Shown here one piece after another: positions 1 through 14,555 of a stretch of 64,000 bases of DNA (its first letter is position 1; every line of letters begins with the position of its first letter). The notes beneath the pieces were generated by a model. That model saw nothing but the letters and a program-made list of their open reading frames with translations. It was not told the origin of the DNA and did not search any database. The position numbers were made by a program, and so were the translations under genes. Source of the stretch: Octopus vulgaris (Eukaryota); assembly GCA_951406725.2 (NCBI GenBank), contig OX597836.1, positions 4,712,001 through 4,776,000 of the forward strand, in the 5' to 3' direction.

Positions 1-29
1 TGCCAGTTGGCTGTTAATTCTTGGAAGGG

Positions 30-140
30 ATTAAGGAGATTACATCGACCCCAGTTCTCAAATGATACACAATTTATCGACACCGAAAAAATGAAATGCA
101 ATGTCGATCCAGTCCGAATTTGACCTCAGACAGTAAAGCG
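30..140 (-). mobile_element. SINE family B, degenerate fragment
   Basis: Similar to the reverse complement of the 57522-57757 copy (atcgaccccagt, aatttatcgac..gaaa..atgaaa.gcaa.gtcga, gaatttga.ctcaga). Confidence 0.75.
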
Positions 141-435
141 GAAAAAGAGATAGAAATTTGCAGATACAATATAACAAGTAAAACAGGTGAGGAAGAAAAA
201 TTATTTCGAAAACGGAATGAAATCGCTTTTCAGGAAATCGAAGAATATGAATGGAAATGATGGACAAAAATTCCCTGTTATTCGAAAATCAAGCAACGTT
301 TAGTAATAAACATCATTTCGCACCTATTTTGCCACTGACCCTCCCGGGCTGTTAATATGTCACAAAAACAATCAAGTACAGAATATAAACACAACGCAAA
401 AGGCTTATTGCTTGTAAAAGTAAAATAAGGTTTTT

Positions 436-496
436 CTCGACTAAAGGCGGTGCTCCAGCATGGCCGCAGTCAAATGACTGAAGCAAATAAAAAAGT
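436..496 (+). mobile_element. SINE family A, 3' fragment
   Basis: ctcgactaaaggcggtgctccagcatggccgcagtcaaatgactgaa is identical to the 3' end of the 59720-60135 copy. Confidence 0.85.
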
Positions 497-1379
497 TTAA
501 AAGAATTATTTTCTATTATTTCTTAGATATTATTGTGATATATAATATTTGGACATTACAACTTATATTTAATTAGCATTTTCTCCCTGATGTTTTAGTA
601 TCATAATTATGGGGTGTGTCTTGTAATCGTGTCCGATAACATTTATTGCTTTCCTGTCTGTCGTGTTAAACCCCTTTGATTGCAGTTGAGACTATAATAA
701 TTAACATAACGTTTTAATAGACCAGCTAGAGTATTGATACCTCTTACTTTAATTATTTTGCATTTAGTTACTTCTGTCTTAAATATTAATCTAACATTCC
801 TTGCTAAACTCTCTTTCAATTTGTAAATGCTGTGCTCTGTCTAGTTCATTAATTCCTAATTATGCTTGTAGTCTGTATTTAGGATAATTCTCTTATCTCT
901 GTTTCATTATGTAAAATGATATTACTGGGGTTCATTAATATCTTACACTTCAAAGCAAGCCGTGGCAAACTTTTCTAAATCAAATTCCATATAATTTCAT
1001 CTAGTGAATTTGTCTCTTGTCTGTGTTATCTGTGACATTGTTTCTAGCTCTTTATGCTCTGCATTGTACAACAACAGGTCACATACATCTCGCCGCAGTT
1101 GCATCCGAGTGCAATTTAGTTTTGTATGTGGGTTAACTATGTTAACGCGGGAAGAGAAGAAAGGGAGAGAGGAAAATCTCATGAAACCTCCAGGTCTGAT
1201 ACATACATACATACATAAATATATATATATATATATATATGCACATCTAACTGACAATCTATCTATTTATCTATCTATTTCTATATTGTTAATTAAAATA
1301 GTTTTATACAGCTTCATTCTGTTGTATGTGTACGTTACTCTTACTAAATGTGTTGAGTGCCTCTTCCTTTCTTTTGATC

Positions 1380-1380
<1 letters not shown>

Positions 1381-1427
<47 letters not shown>

Positions 1428-1483
1428 TATATATATATATATATAATACAGATTCTGAGTTCGATTGCAGGCAGCGTCTTGAA

Positions 1484-1543
<60 letters not shown>
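1381..1543. repeat. (AC)n, (AT)n and (AAT)n microsatellites
   Basis: Directly visible. Confidence 0.98.
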
Positions 1544-1545
<2 letters not shown>

Positions 1546-1591
1546 GCGAACATACCTTAGGAATGAGAACCCAAGTTTAAAATTTCCCCAA

Positions 1592-1637
1592 GACTCCTGA
1601 TGAACACTGGAGGGTATATCAGCCGAAACGTTGTGTT
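1592..1637 (+). ncRNA. Minimal type I hammerhead ribozyme motif, degenerate, Penelope pLTR-type
   Basis: CTGATGA at 1597-1603, partial stem II (ctg..cag), GAAAC-GT-T at 1625-1632 with palindromic AACGTT, imperfect stem I gactc/gtgtt. Confidence 0.6.
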
Positions 1638-2344
1638 AACAATAAACTAGATGAGAACAAATATCCGTCAGATATAAATAATATATATATATATAATTCT
1701 TTCACAATTCCAGTTCATTGACGACATGCCTAGAGAGAGAGTGCATGCTACCTCTGCCATAATCTTTCTCGATTCCATTATTCTCACTGTGTTTATTCCC
1801 TCCACACAATCAATTCTTTTTTTATATTTAGACCTACTACTACTTCTTTGAAAACTATTTGCTTAGGAATTCATCTCCTTAAACGTACGTTTCCTTAAAA
1901 AATTGCTTCTATATTTGTGTCTATGATTTTTATGTTCAAATACGTATATTTTCTTTCCGATATGGCTACAGTTATGAGTTAGTAAGCTAGATTCAACAGA
2001 ATTATTTACACGTTCAAATAACATAATTCCTGGGAGCTGAGAACCCACTTGTAGCTGTTGAAAGAGATAAAGAGATAAAGAGATAGAAACCGAAAAGTTC
2101 CCAAATTCCTCAACCCATTATATGAAAAATAGTGAAGAAATAACAAAAGAAAACTCTTCCATATGTAGGTAAGTGTCACCTGTAGAGTTAATCAGGTTCT
2201 CTACAAGGAAATCATACCCAGCGATTGATGTAGTAGCATTATATATGGAACTGATATGCTTGAGGTTTATCTCTCGTTAAGATGGATTTAGTCATCGGAT
2301 AAGTCAAATAATCTCTCATATTATTTTTTGCTTGTTTGTTTTCT

Positions 2345-2637
2345 TTCTTCTCTTGTTTTAGTCATGTGACAATGGCCAAGATGGGGCACCACTTTGTAGA
2401 TGTTTAGTCTCACAAATGGACCCCTGTATTTATTTTTGTAAAGCTTGGTCCTTATTCTATCGGTCTTTTGCCGAACCACTAAGTTACAGGGATGCTAATA
2501 CACTATCACCTGTTTTCAAGCGTTGGTGGGAGACAAACATTTGTAAAAACAGATACTCGCCCAAATTGCCGACTCAGTGGGACTGAACCAGGAACCATGC
2601 GGTTGGGAACCAAACTTCTTACCACACAAGCATGCCT
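2345..2637 (-). mobile_element. SINE family A, degenerate and internally deleted
   Basis: cttattctatcggtcttttgccgaacc and gtgggactgaacc.ggaaccatg.ggttgg match family A. Confidence 0.85.
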
Positions 2638-2734
2638 GCTTCTTTAAGTGTGGTTACTGTATATATGTTTAATAATTAGTGATAATTAGGAATTTTATTA
2701 ATGTAACATTCACATCGCTCATTGACTAGTATAT

Positions 2735-2935
2735 ATTTCTTTACTACCAACAAGGGGCCAAACACAGACGGGACAAACAAGGACAGACAAACGGATTACA
2801 TCGGCCCCAGTGAACTGGTACTTAATTTATCGACCCCGAAAGGATGAAAAGCAAAGACGACCTCGGCGGAATTTGAACTCAGAACATAGCGGCCGACAAA
2901 ATACCGCTAAGCATTTCGCCCGGCATGCTAACGTT
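2735..2935 (-). mobile_element. SINE family B
   Basis: Reverse complement of the family B body (cgaccccgaaaggatgaaa, ggcggaatttgaactcagaac, gcatttcgcccggc). Confidence 0.9.
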
Positions 2936-5434
2936 GACTAGTATAGCGATAATTCCTGAGTTGTATTTGGTCTTCCACAACAGTTCATGTACCGCATTGA
3001 TGCTCTTGAATACTCTGGTCTGAGAGGAATCCCCTTCTTTCCATATTTCCACTCAAAATACTTTTCATGTCTTCTAGTTGAACCGCATTGATTTCCATTT
3101 ATTTTAGTATCGGGTGAGACTAAGTTGTTTGCTTAGTCTAAAAAATCATTACCGCTGTTCACAAGCACAGCCATATTCTTTGCATTTCAGCCAAGATTTC
3201 TTGTTTAAGGCATTCTCTTATTTCGAGTATTACTTTGTTTTGAAATAGTTTTTGTCTTTTCATTGATTTTGATATCTTTGGTGAACTGGAAGTATCGTTG
3301 CAGCGTCCGAGAGAAAATTTGTGGTATTTCTTCCGATTGTCTGCTTTCAGTTCAAATCGTTCCCAAGTCAATGTTGCCTTCCGTCTTTTCGAGATCGATA
3401 GAAATAGATATTTCCTTTTTTACACACACACTTTACTCCACACAAGGATACATCTGGAGACGCAGGTCCACACATATAGAGATGCACATCCATACATACA
3501 AACATGGTATATAGTTGCAAAACACACACACACATGCACACACAAGGAGACAAAGGTGCATACATATACAAACACACACATACACACACACACACACATA
3601 GAAAATACACAAACACGGACACGCAAACACATGAATATGCATAATAGATATATACAGATGCACAGCCATACATACATATATACATATGCATACACACACA
3701 TGCATACATACATACACACATACATACGTACATGCATGTATGCATAGGAACACACACACACACACACTGAACAACACACATGCGCACAAACAAACAAAAT
3801 GGAACGCAGTGTAAATAACGGACGGAGTCAAGACTATTGAAAAGGTTTCAAGACGCAACGAAAATTTTAGAAAAAAAAAAAAAAAAGAATTAAGTGGAAA
3901 TTTTACAGGTGAGTGTGTTAAATTATAAGGTACAAAAAGAAAATGACTCTCCCCAGATACAATAGAAATAGATAATTCAAGAGGATAAGACTGACAAAAC
4001 CGCAAGAACTTAAGATCAGGCATCTTATAATGCTTGTTCTCGCAGTGTCTACGTCGATGTTTTGATTAAGCCGTTGCCATATTTAACACATTGCATTTTG
4101 AGTTCTTTGGATGGTACCACATCTTTTGCGAACAGTCGGGGACGTGTCTCCGTTTTGAGAATGTGACACCCAAAAAACGCATTTAAGAAACAAGATGGAT
4201 GACAAAGACTGAAAAACCGGAAAGTGAAGGCGATTCACGGGTAATAACTAAGAGAAATCGAAGGGAAAGGATAAAGGCCCACACCTGGAGTTGGCTGAGG
4301 GAAAGTGGTCTGAGGTGATGCACGGAGTAATTGGTATGTAACGCTCAGGAACAAACCCTGAGAACTAATTACAGCAAGTTCCAAATATATAATAGTAAGG
4401 AATCGTCATTTTGTAAGATGTGTGGCAGAAAAAAACAAAACACTAGCCTCTTTTGAATTTACCAGACTTTGCGCTCGTGCAACGCGAAAATATTGATTTT
4501 ATCAATAATTGGGAGATTTCTTTTTGTTAGGTTTTCTTTACTTTGTTCTCCGTATATTTCCTTTCGAAGTGTTTACTTTGGTTTTAATATTCCAATACAA
4601 GAAGATCTCATTGAGATCCCACTTTCTTTGTAACTTCTGTGACGTTTATCTTCGCGATATTGATATTCTCATCCATTTCAATTAAGTGAACGGCCATATG
4701 CGCCCATCTTATTGTTGTTGCTTTCTCATCTTTAAGATTTATCTTTTTCGCTTTATCCTTTCTATAGAAGAACATCCTCGATCGATTAGAGCTGTTTAAA
4801 TATTTTCACCTTCGTGTTATTGCTTTATTCAGAATTCACATCTTTAGAATATCTACTTTGAAACATTTTTCACATTTCATATAATTCATGTTTTCGTTTG
4901 TGTTATTCTATTCCATTTTTTTGTCAATACACTGTAAGTCTTCTAAATTGTGAATTCAGTGTGTTTCTGCTGTTTTATTAATTTAATTTGCTATCTATTT
5001 CCTAGATTTTACATTGCATTTCTCATACCGTATGATTTTAGCAGTAATATCATTATTGCTGCATTTTTCATTAATCACTTATTGTTATTAAGCTTTCAGA
5101 TTTTGAAATGTTTTTTTTTTTTATTTCTGTTCCACATAACAATCCTGCTCCGAAAATGTACATTGTAAAATTACCTAAGCTCTACAAATCCAAATGTACT
5201 TTTAGATCAGTGCTGATTTCTTTACCAATATTATACCGAAGATATTTCTAGCTATGTTTTAGAGTAGAACGTAGCTGCAAGGTATAAGTGTAGTCTAGAA
5301 GCGCATTTCTCTTGGATCCATCGTGGATTTAGTTTCTTTTGATTGTGTGTGTGGGGAGGGGGGGGCACATGATTAACAATACGTTTCAGCCATTTATTTA
5401 CATTGTCATCATTAGATATTAAAAGGTTAAATGT

Positions 5435-5665
5435 TTCCTTCTCGAACCATGTGAGTCTCATGAGGGCTGGTTTCCCCGGTTTCTGTGGTATATATGATAA
5501 ATTCCCCGCCTGGAAGGGACGCCAGTCAGTCATAGGATTACTCAGCGGAGCAACATGAAATGAAGTATTTTGCTCGAGAACACAACTCATCACCCGATCT
5601 TTGGATCGAAACCACAAATTCCGATCGTGAGTCCAACACCCGTAACCATTAAGCCACGCGTCCCT
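5435..5665 (-). mobile_element. SINE family C: tRNA-like head plus V-domain-like body
   Basis: Minus strand has A box TGGCTTAATGG, B box GTTTCGATCC, then gactggcgtccc.tccagg...cagaaaccgggg resembling the V-SINE domain (from memory). Confidence 0.75.
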
Positions 5666-6299
5666 ACTCATTATATATTACAAGCATATATATATTTCTT
5701 ACGAGGAGAATTATCGAACATTATAATTTTTTTTTGTTTTTGTTATTGCTATACGTTCAAATGGAAATAAGAATCAAAAATGATAACATTCCCACTGTAT
5801 TTCTTGTTCTATATTTGTATAGGTATCGCAGCTTGGAGAAGGAAATTTAGTAGTGCACCCCTGGTGGGTTTCCTCACTAGCGCAATTCGATCAGAAGCCT
5901 ACTGTTATGTTATACATTTCATACATGAGCAAAGCAGCAACAAAACTCCTGTGATAACCACAAACATGTTCGCTGAAATATCTTCGGCATTTCTTTCTCA
6001 CTTTTGTTATTCCATTGATATTTCAGGTCGGAAATCCAGATATATATCAGTCGACTTCAAACAGATCTGCAATACTTTGACGACATTACGTATCAATCTT
6101 CTATGAAGCGATTATTTCATAAGGAATTAACAAGATACGAAAGTCTGTATCTTCTGTTGTAAAATATAAAAGACTTTAGAATTCACTGGTTAATAATGAA
6201 TTTTCTATTCCCTAACAAAAGACGTTTTATAAAATATTACAGTCTTCTTTCTGAACGTTATCACAAATCCACGGGTTACATATTTGCTTCCATTTAATC

Positions 6300-6383
6300 T
6301 CTCTATCTGTATTCACATGATTACGAGTTACTGTATGTATATACATATTTGTGTGTGCGTATTTGCTTGTATGTGTCTTGACA

Positions 6384-6449
<66 letters not shown>

Positions 6450-6549
6450 CATATTTGTGTACATATATATATGTGTGTGCATATATATATATACATTGAT
6501 AGATAGATAGATATGCATGCATATGTATATATGGAATCGTATATAAATA

Positions 6550-6590
<41 letters not shown>

Positions 6591-7166
6591 GTCCATCTCT
6601 CTCTCTCTCTCTCCACATATGTATGTGCATGTATGAATGTATACATTTACATATATATGTGTGTGTGTGTGCGTGCGTGTGTGTGTGTGCATGTGTGTAT
6701 CTGAGTGTGTACATACACATTAGAGAATCGTTAAGGCTACCTGCATATAATTGTGTAGTCATGTGCATACATACGCTAAAAGACAGATGTATGAGTTATA
6801 TATACTTTAGATATATGTATATATATATATATATATATATGCGTGTGTGTATGTGTTTGCATATATGTACATAAATATATGTATATATACACGCATGTAT
6901 ATATATATATGTATGTATATATATATGATTGCTTTAGATGATTATTTGACCTTGTGTGTGTCCTCTGTGTGTGTGTGTTAGTGAGTGTGTGTGTGCGTGT
7001 GTGCGTGTTTGCGCGCTTGTGTTTGTATTTGTATTTATGTATACCTATGCATCTTTATGTGTGTACAGATACAGACACGCACACACACAAACACGCACAC
7101 ACACACATAGATTAACAGATAGATAGATAGATTGAAAGATCGATAGATATATAGATAGACATACAT

Positions 7167-7217
<51 letters not shown>

Positions 7218-7239
7218 CATAGATAGATAGATAGATAGC

Positions 7240-7279
<40 letters not shown>

Positions 7280-7348
7280 CATATTGATAGATAAATGTAC
7301 ATACAGAAATGTACATATACATAAACATACGCCAATATGCATTATATG

Positions 7349-7379
<31 letters not shown>

Positions 7380-7520
7380 ATGTATAATATATATATATAT
7401 ATATCCGCGCACGTACGCTCATACACTCGCTCCCATATGCATAAAGATACAAGCACTGACACACAGCGCCAGTCAAGATTGCATATATGAACATACATAT
7501 ATAGATTCACACGCACATGG
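6300..7520. repeat. Compound (TA)n/(TG)n/(GATA)n microsatellite field
   Basis: Directly visible. Confidence 0.97.
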
Positions 7521-7867
7521 GTGGAAAAAAATGATATCATAACAAAAATAAACATAGAGAAAACCAAATAAAATAAAATAAAAAGAAACATTAGCAACAA
7601 CAATATTTTTATCGATCTATTACGTCGAAATGATTGTTAGTGAGATTTCTCCAATTTTTTTTTGTTTTTGTTTTTTTTTTATTTTGTCACTCTTTAGATC
7701 TTTCAACCTCTCTTTCACTCACTCTCTTTATGTCTTTGTTTCTCCCTCATTGCGTCACCTTCATCTTATTTCGCCATTTATCTACTTGTCTCTCTCCTCT
7801 GTCAATCTTTTGCCAGTTAGGCGTCTAGATTTTGCCATGATTAATACTAGCACTTCACTTTCTTCTT

Positions 7868-7869
<2 letters not shown>

Positions 7870-7920
<51 letters not shown>

Positions 7921-8438
7921 ACACACTCACTCATTCACTCACTCATTCACTCACTCACTCACACACTCTCTCTCTCTGTTTCACTCATTCTCAGAGAAGT
8001 TCTGTCTTCCTAACTCTCTTGTCTCTCACGCTTACTCTCTCGATCTATTTTCACCTATTTTTTCTATCTCCCTCTCCATCTCCCCTTTCTCTCCCTCACC
8101 CCTCTCTCTCTTTTTCTCTCATTTTTCCCACTCATTCTTTGAGAAAATCTAACTTCTTAACTCTCACTCTCTCTCTCTCTCTCTCGATCTATCATTCACC
8201 TATTTTCTCTCCCCCTTCACTCTCTGTCTCTCAGAAAAGCTCTAATTTCTCCTTCTTAATTCTCTTTCACTCACACTTTCTCTCGATCTATCTTTCCCCC
8301 ATTTTCTCTGTCTCATTCTCTCTCTCTTTCACTCATTCTTCCCATTCACTCTCTGAGAAGCGCTTACTTCTTAACTCTCTCTCTCACACGCTCTCTCTCT
8401 CTCTCTCACGTTCCCCCTCTCTCTTTCTTTCTCTCACG

Positions 8439-8469
<31 letters not shown>

Positions 8470-8660
8470 ACTTTCGCTTTCAGTCATTCTTCCCATTCAC
8501 TCTCTGAGAAACGCTTACTTCTTAACTCTCCCTCTCTCTCACGTTCCCACTCTTTCTCTCTCTCTCTCTCTCTCTCTCACATTCCCCCTCTCTCTTTCTC
8601 TCTCTCACACTCTCTCTCCCTCTCCTTCCCATTCCTTCCCATTCCCTCTTCATTTTGTCA
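7870..8660. repeat. (CT)n-rich polypyrimidine tract with a degenerate internal repeat (ttctgagaa..cttacttcttaactctc)
   Basis: Motif recurs near 7990, 8140, 8350 and 8500. Confidence 0.9.
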
Positions 8661-9177
8661 TCTTTATTTATGGCACAGTTCCTGTGAAGTCAAAGTCTCG
8701 CTGCCCTGAATGAGCTATTTTAGCAATTGATACGAAACGAGTCTTATCGATCCAACACATTGCTTTCTCTCATTTTCCCCTTGCTCTCACATTCACGTCT
8801 CCCTCATTCTGATTCTTTCTTTCTATTTCTCTCTCACCCTCTAAATCTCTCTCACTCTCTAAATCTCTCTCTCTCTCTCTTTGTCTTCCACTCTTTCTAT
8901 TTCCCTTCTGTATCAGTTATACAAATCTTTGCGGTAAAAAATATGGCGTTAAAAAGAGCGAGGAGGGAAGGATTGCTCTCCATGTTTAATTGTCCTTGTG
9001 TGTGTGCGCGTGCGTATGTGTGTGTGTAAGTGAGTGTCTGTGTGTGTGTGTGTGTGACTGCATGCGTGCGCGCGCGCGCGCGTGTGTGTGTGTTTGTATT
9101 TATGCATTCCTATGCATCTTAATGTATATATACACACACACACACATATATATATGTGTGTGTGTGCGTATATGCAT

Positions 9178-9240
<63 letters not shown>

Positions 9241-9669
9241 TACATATAGAAATGTATTTATAGATAAACGTGCGCCTTTATATATATATATACACGTGCA
9301 CATATACGTATGTATACATATATATATATATATATATATATTAATAGCATTTATAATTTTCTTTTTCGGTCTTACATTAGTAAACTGAAGCCTAATTCAA
9401 TTATTTGAAATATTAATTTGTGAATCGTTAAATCGTCCATAGATTTTTATGGAGTATACATTTGTATTGCTGGCGATCTTATCCGAAATCTGGCGTTTAC
9501 GGCCGCTGACAGTATGTATGCGCACAATTATGTGCGTTGACTGCAGCACCATAGCGTCTAAGCTATTCTTTCTAGCACCATAGTTGTGTCTAACATAGTT
9601 GGTCATTTTTAATGCCAATTATATTTTTCTTTTTTGATGTTATGTTGCTAAACTGCTGCCTTATTTAAT

Positions 9670-9731
<62 letters not shown>

Positions 9732-10454
9732 GTGTACGCACCAAACACACCAGTCACACATGCACGCGACCATACACACAATCGCATACATACGTGAAAT
9801 TTCGTATGTTCCAAATTACACTTCAGTTTCGCTTTTAGGTATGTGAAAATTTACAGGTTTGTTTTCAAAAGGGGAAAATACGAAGTATAACGTATCCAAA
9901 TATGACATACCCTTAGCAAATACTTTGAACTGTCTTATGCCATAAAAGTACTTCGGTAATCATAGGTGATAGTTACACAGGTGCGAAGAATTATATCTCT
10001 GTAATATTTCAATTAGTAGAGACCTTTTGAACAAAATACGTTTTAAAAATATGAAATTGTTTTTAGAAAAATTATATTTCAATCTTGACACATCTATGCT
10101 TTATTGGGAATTTTGTCGGACATAAATTGAATTCTGTTCTTGATGGCGTTCGTGTAATAATTCAGAGGAAATGGACATTCTTGGACCAAAGAAAATTGCT
10201 TGCACATTATACAAATCAATTTATCCTTAGTGACTAAAAACGAAATTGGATATATTAGATTATTAATTAATAAAAGTTCTGGTTAACATAGCTAGTTTAA
10301 TAGTTATTATACACGACAGAACACCCGACAGCTGCTTCAGAGAGCTCAAAATTATGTAAAAAAGAATTAACATTTGCAGGCAAATCTAGTGGTGGCACGG
10401 AGGATGTTAGTGGTTCGATGATGAAGATTCGTTTGGTCGTTCAACTAATTGTTA

Positions 10455-11070
10455 ACGCGTTGGACGAAATCCTAAGCGGTATTTCGTCTGCCGCTACGTT
10501 CTGAGTTCAAATTCCGCCGAGGTCGACTTTACCTTTCATCCTTTCGGGGTCGATTAAATAAGTACCAGTTACGCACTGGGGTCGATGTAATCGACTTAAT
10601 ACCTATGTCTGTCCTTGTTTGTCCGCTCTGTGTTTAGCCCCTTGTGGGTAATAAAGAAATAGGTATTTCGTCTGTCGCTACGTTCTGAGTTCAAATTCCA
10701 CAGAGGTCGACTTTGCCTTTCATCCTTTCAGGGTCGATTAAATAAGTACCAGTTACGCACTGGGGTCGATATAATCGACTTAATCCGTTTGTCTGTCTGT
10801 TTGTCCTCTCTGTGTTTAGCCCGTCGCTACGTACTCAGTTCAAATTCCGCTGAGGTCGATTTAACCCCTTCGAGGTCGATGAATTAAGCACCAGTGTAAG
10901 ACTGGGGTTGATGTAATCGATTGGTCCCCTCCCCACCAAAAATTTCGCGCCTTGTGTTGAAGGTGCCCCAGGTCGACTTTACCTTTCATCCTTTCGAGGT
11001 CGATAAAATAACTACCAGTTGATTACTAGGGTCGATACAATCGACTCACCTCCTCCCCCAAAACTCCAAG
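10455..11070 (+). mobile_element. SINE family B tandem multimer (3-4 bodies)
   Basis: ggtcgacttt.cctttcatcctttc.gggtcgat repeated; first two units offset by 184 bp. Confidence 0.92.
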
Positions 11071-11304
11071 CCTATTCCAGGATTGTTCGTTCTGATTGTT
11101 GTCTAGAAAATTGGTAAATTCTCGTGCTATTTCTTCTATTAATTAACCTCGTGTATTTATCACAGATATATCGACATAAATCCCGTTATTGTTATCGTGT
11201 CGTTTTTTCTTCTAAAAATAATGTCGTATTTCCGTTGTTTGAAAATAGAAATACGTAAATAGATCATTCCTTGCTCCTGAAATTCGTCTTAATCTCGGAA
11301 TGGT

Positions 11305-11366
<62 letters not shown>

Positions 11367-11456
11367 ATCTGTGAATGTGAGGCAGATAAAACAACAGAGA
11401 GGGGGACAGAGAAAGCATGAAGGAATGAGAGGAAATGATATTCAGAAAATCATATA

Positions 11457-11501
<45 letters not shown>

Positions 11502-12084
11502 ATGTGTGCGTGCGTGTGTGTGTGTATGTATGACCAAAGGAGGAAGGCGAGATTTATTTTTTGCAAACACGCAACATGTTGTTCAACGTTCCGTTTCATG
11601 AATATTAATTCTTCACTCTGACGACCTCCGTAACGCCTGGAAAACAAGTGGTCATAAATTCTATGAGTAATCCGCACACACACCCACACGCACACACATA
11701 TTTACACACACAAGCATACATATTTTCAGGCACATGTACAAATATATATATATGTGTGTATGTGCGTGCATATCTATCTATCTATCTATATATATATATG
11801 TATATATATATATATACATATATATATATACATAGAGAGAGAGAGAGAGACTGACAGACAGACAGGCAGATAGATAGATAAATAGACTGATAGATAGATA
11901 GATAGATTGATTGATAGATAGACAGACAGATAGATTAGGTCTGTGATTCGTTAGAATCTAGGCATATCAACAAGTAGACGCCAGTACTGCCTGGCGACCA
12001 TAAAACTGAGTTTATAATTACATATCACAACCACTACGAGTTATTTTTTCATAATATACTAAAACTATATATATAAATAAATAG

Positions 12085-12122
<38 letters not shown>

Positions 12123-12169
12123 TATATATAAGTTAACTAAAATGAGACAAAAAACCCAAAGCAGTCTGA

Positions 12170-12590
12170 AATTTCTAGGACATTCTAATATGCTGCATGT
12201 ATCTATTTTTGTTCTTATATTTCCCTGTATACTTCCTATATCTCTCCCTTTCCAGTATAACTTCTTATATTGAACTCTACTATTTCATTCTATTTAACTC
12301 TCTCATATCGTCTCTGATATCTTTTATATCCCTGAAACAGCTGTAAGAACAGCATATCTTTTAAATCCCTGAAACAGCTGTAAGACTATCCTTCTCTGTT
12401 TGAATATAAGATGTCCTAGAAATTTGACACTGACTTGGCTTTGTTGTCTTTTTTATCTATACACGCTCACATACGACTCGCGTTAGACTCCTCACTCATA
12501 TTATCATCATCGAACCGGGAGTCTAACAGTGATTCTTAACAGTGGACCTACCGTTTGGATCTTCCTGATACCAAAATCTCTCATATATAT
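12170..12590 (+). mobile_element. Penelope-like pseudo-LTR fragment with two tandem partial hammerhead motifs
   Basis: GAAACAGCTGTA at 12334 and 12371, gtct-CTGAT at 12310; downstream sequence homologous to 13890-14090. Confidence 0.65.
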
Positions 12591-13089
12591 AAGTTATGAA
12601 TAACATTCCCATGAATAACATTCCCATGGAAACTGGTCATATTTGATAAAGATTATTTTAACGTAAATGAAGTATAAATGCTTGTGTTAAAGTAAAAATT
12701 AAAAAGCATCTGTACTCTAGCCATAATAGCCTGGAACAGACGGCAACAATCGACTTGGACATTTTTTGCGGTTGCACATATAGCATAAGTTTGGTTAGAA
12801 AAATCATGTCCTAATCATTTTGAAAGCACCTCGTATGTCGTTTACTACATGTTCCTGTATAACAAGATGGAAGCAAATAACAACTCGCAGCTTTATGAAT
12901 ATTTAAACAGAAGGTAGAAATACCTGATTTTCGGTTAATACGTTAAGAGCTAGGATGATCTTTCTTGAATTTGTTACATGTACTAACATTAGTAAAAGGG
13001 TACGTGAGTACGTATCTGTGAAGTTAATCGGGTGCAAAACGTAATGGAATATACACATACGGACACGGTTTTAGATAAATGCTTCAGAT

Positions 13090-13120
<31 letters not shown>

Positions 13121-13228
13121 TATATCTATACTTCTCTCTATATATATACATGTTTGTATATATACATGTATGTATATGTGTATATATCTGTATATATACA
13201 TATATGTATAAATATATGTGTTCATATG

Positions 13229-13260
<32 letters not shown>

Positions 13261-13382
13261 TATATATATATAAATTCACACACACAAATATAGACGTATA
13301 CTTATATACATATAGTTTATATAAGTATATATGTATATGTCTGTACTTAAATATAAATATATAATTATATATACATATACAC

Positions 13383-13461
<79 letters not shown>

Positions 13462-13516
13462 CAGAATGAGATAAAAATCCAAGGCCGTGAATAGTTTTAG
13501 GAACATTTATATAGAG

Positions 13517-13563
13517 GCCTTACAGCTGTTTCCGGGATATTACTATATCCTTTCAGCAGAGAC
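13517..13563 (-). ncRNA. Minimal type I hammerhead motif (core variant CUGCUGA)
   Basis: Minus strand: gtct CTGCTGA aa ggatat-agta-atatcc cg GAAAC AGCT GTA aggc. Confidence 0.7.
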
Positions 13564-13847
13564 GGTGCGAGAAAATGTTATTATAGAGAGGTATGAAATA
13601 CACAGTGAAGGTGAGGAATGAAAACAGACGTGAGATATGTAAGGATATTGTATCTGCAGTTCCATTATTTAAGCAAAATGCTGCCACGCACAAGGTACAA
13701 GAAACTTATACATACACCATTCTGCTTAAATGATGGAACTGCAAATACAAAATCCTTACGTATCTCACGTCTGTTTTCATTCCTCCACTACGCCCTCTAT
13801 TTCATATTTTCTCTACAATAGTTAATACTCAAGCATTTTATCGCACT

Positions 13848-13895
13848 GTCTCTGGTGAACGGTTATATAGAATATCACAGAAACAGCTGTAAGGC
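13848..13895 (+). ncRNA. Minimal type I hammerhead motif (core variant CUGGUGA, decayed stem II)
   Basis: gtct CTGGTGA ... GAAAC AGCT GTA aggc. Confidence 0.6.
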
Positions 13896-14136
13896 ATTCT
13901 CTTTATAAATCTTCTGATTTTTTCATCTCCTTCTTTTAACTTTTATATATATATCCATGCTAATATACGATCTGCTTTGGTCTCCTCATTCGTATCATTA
14001 TCGAACCTGGAGCTTAGTCTGTCCATAGCGCTTACTTAGCATTACCTGATACCTTTGGGTCTTCTTAACATTAATACCTCTCATACCCTCGGTATACATA
14101 CATATATATACGAATGTATGTATGTATATATACATA

Positions 14137-14555
14137 CTCTTTTACTCTTTTACTCTGTTACTTGTTTCAGTCATTTGACTGCGGCCATGCTGGAGCACCA
14201 CCTTTAATCGAGCAACTCGACCCCGGGACTTATTCTTTTGTAAGCCCAGTACTTATTCTATCGGTCTCTTTTGCCGAACCGCTAACTTACGGGGACATAA
14301 ACACATCAGCATCGGTTGTCAACCAATGCTAGGGGGACAAACACAGACACACAAACACACACACGCATATATATATATATATATACATATATACGACGGG
14401 CTTCTTTCAGTTTCCGTCTACCAAATCCACTCACAAGGCTTTGGTCTACCCGAGGCTATAGTAGAAGACACTTGCCCAAGGTGCCACGCAGTGGGACTGA
14501 ATCCGGAATCATGTGGTTCGTTTACAAGCTAGTTACCACAGAGCCACTCCTACGC
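14137..14555 (-). mobile_element. SINE family A, near full length
   Basis: Collinear with the reverse complement of 59720-60135. Confidence 0.95.

Larger units (their letters stand above)
1700..3400 (-). pseudogene. Highly decayed non-LTR retrotransposon (RTE-like) RT/C-terminal remnant, interrupted by two SINEs
   Basis: Minus-strand fragments IPKQIVFKE..G (about 1830-1870) and RECLKQEILAEMQ (about 3180-3220) resemble RTE ORF motifs; many stops and frameshifts. Confidence 0.35.
13500..13915. repeat. Diverged inverted repeat (arms about 180-200 bp, loop 13681-13717) of Penelope-like pLTR, one hammerhead motif per arm
   Basis: gaggaatgaaaacagacgtgagata..aagcaaaatg pairs with cattctgctt..tatctcacgtctgttttcattcctc. 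Confidence 0.92.
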
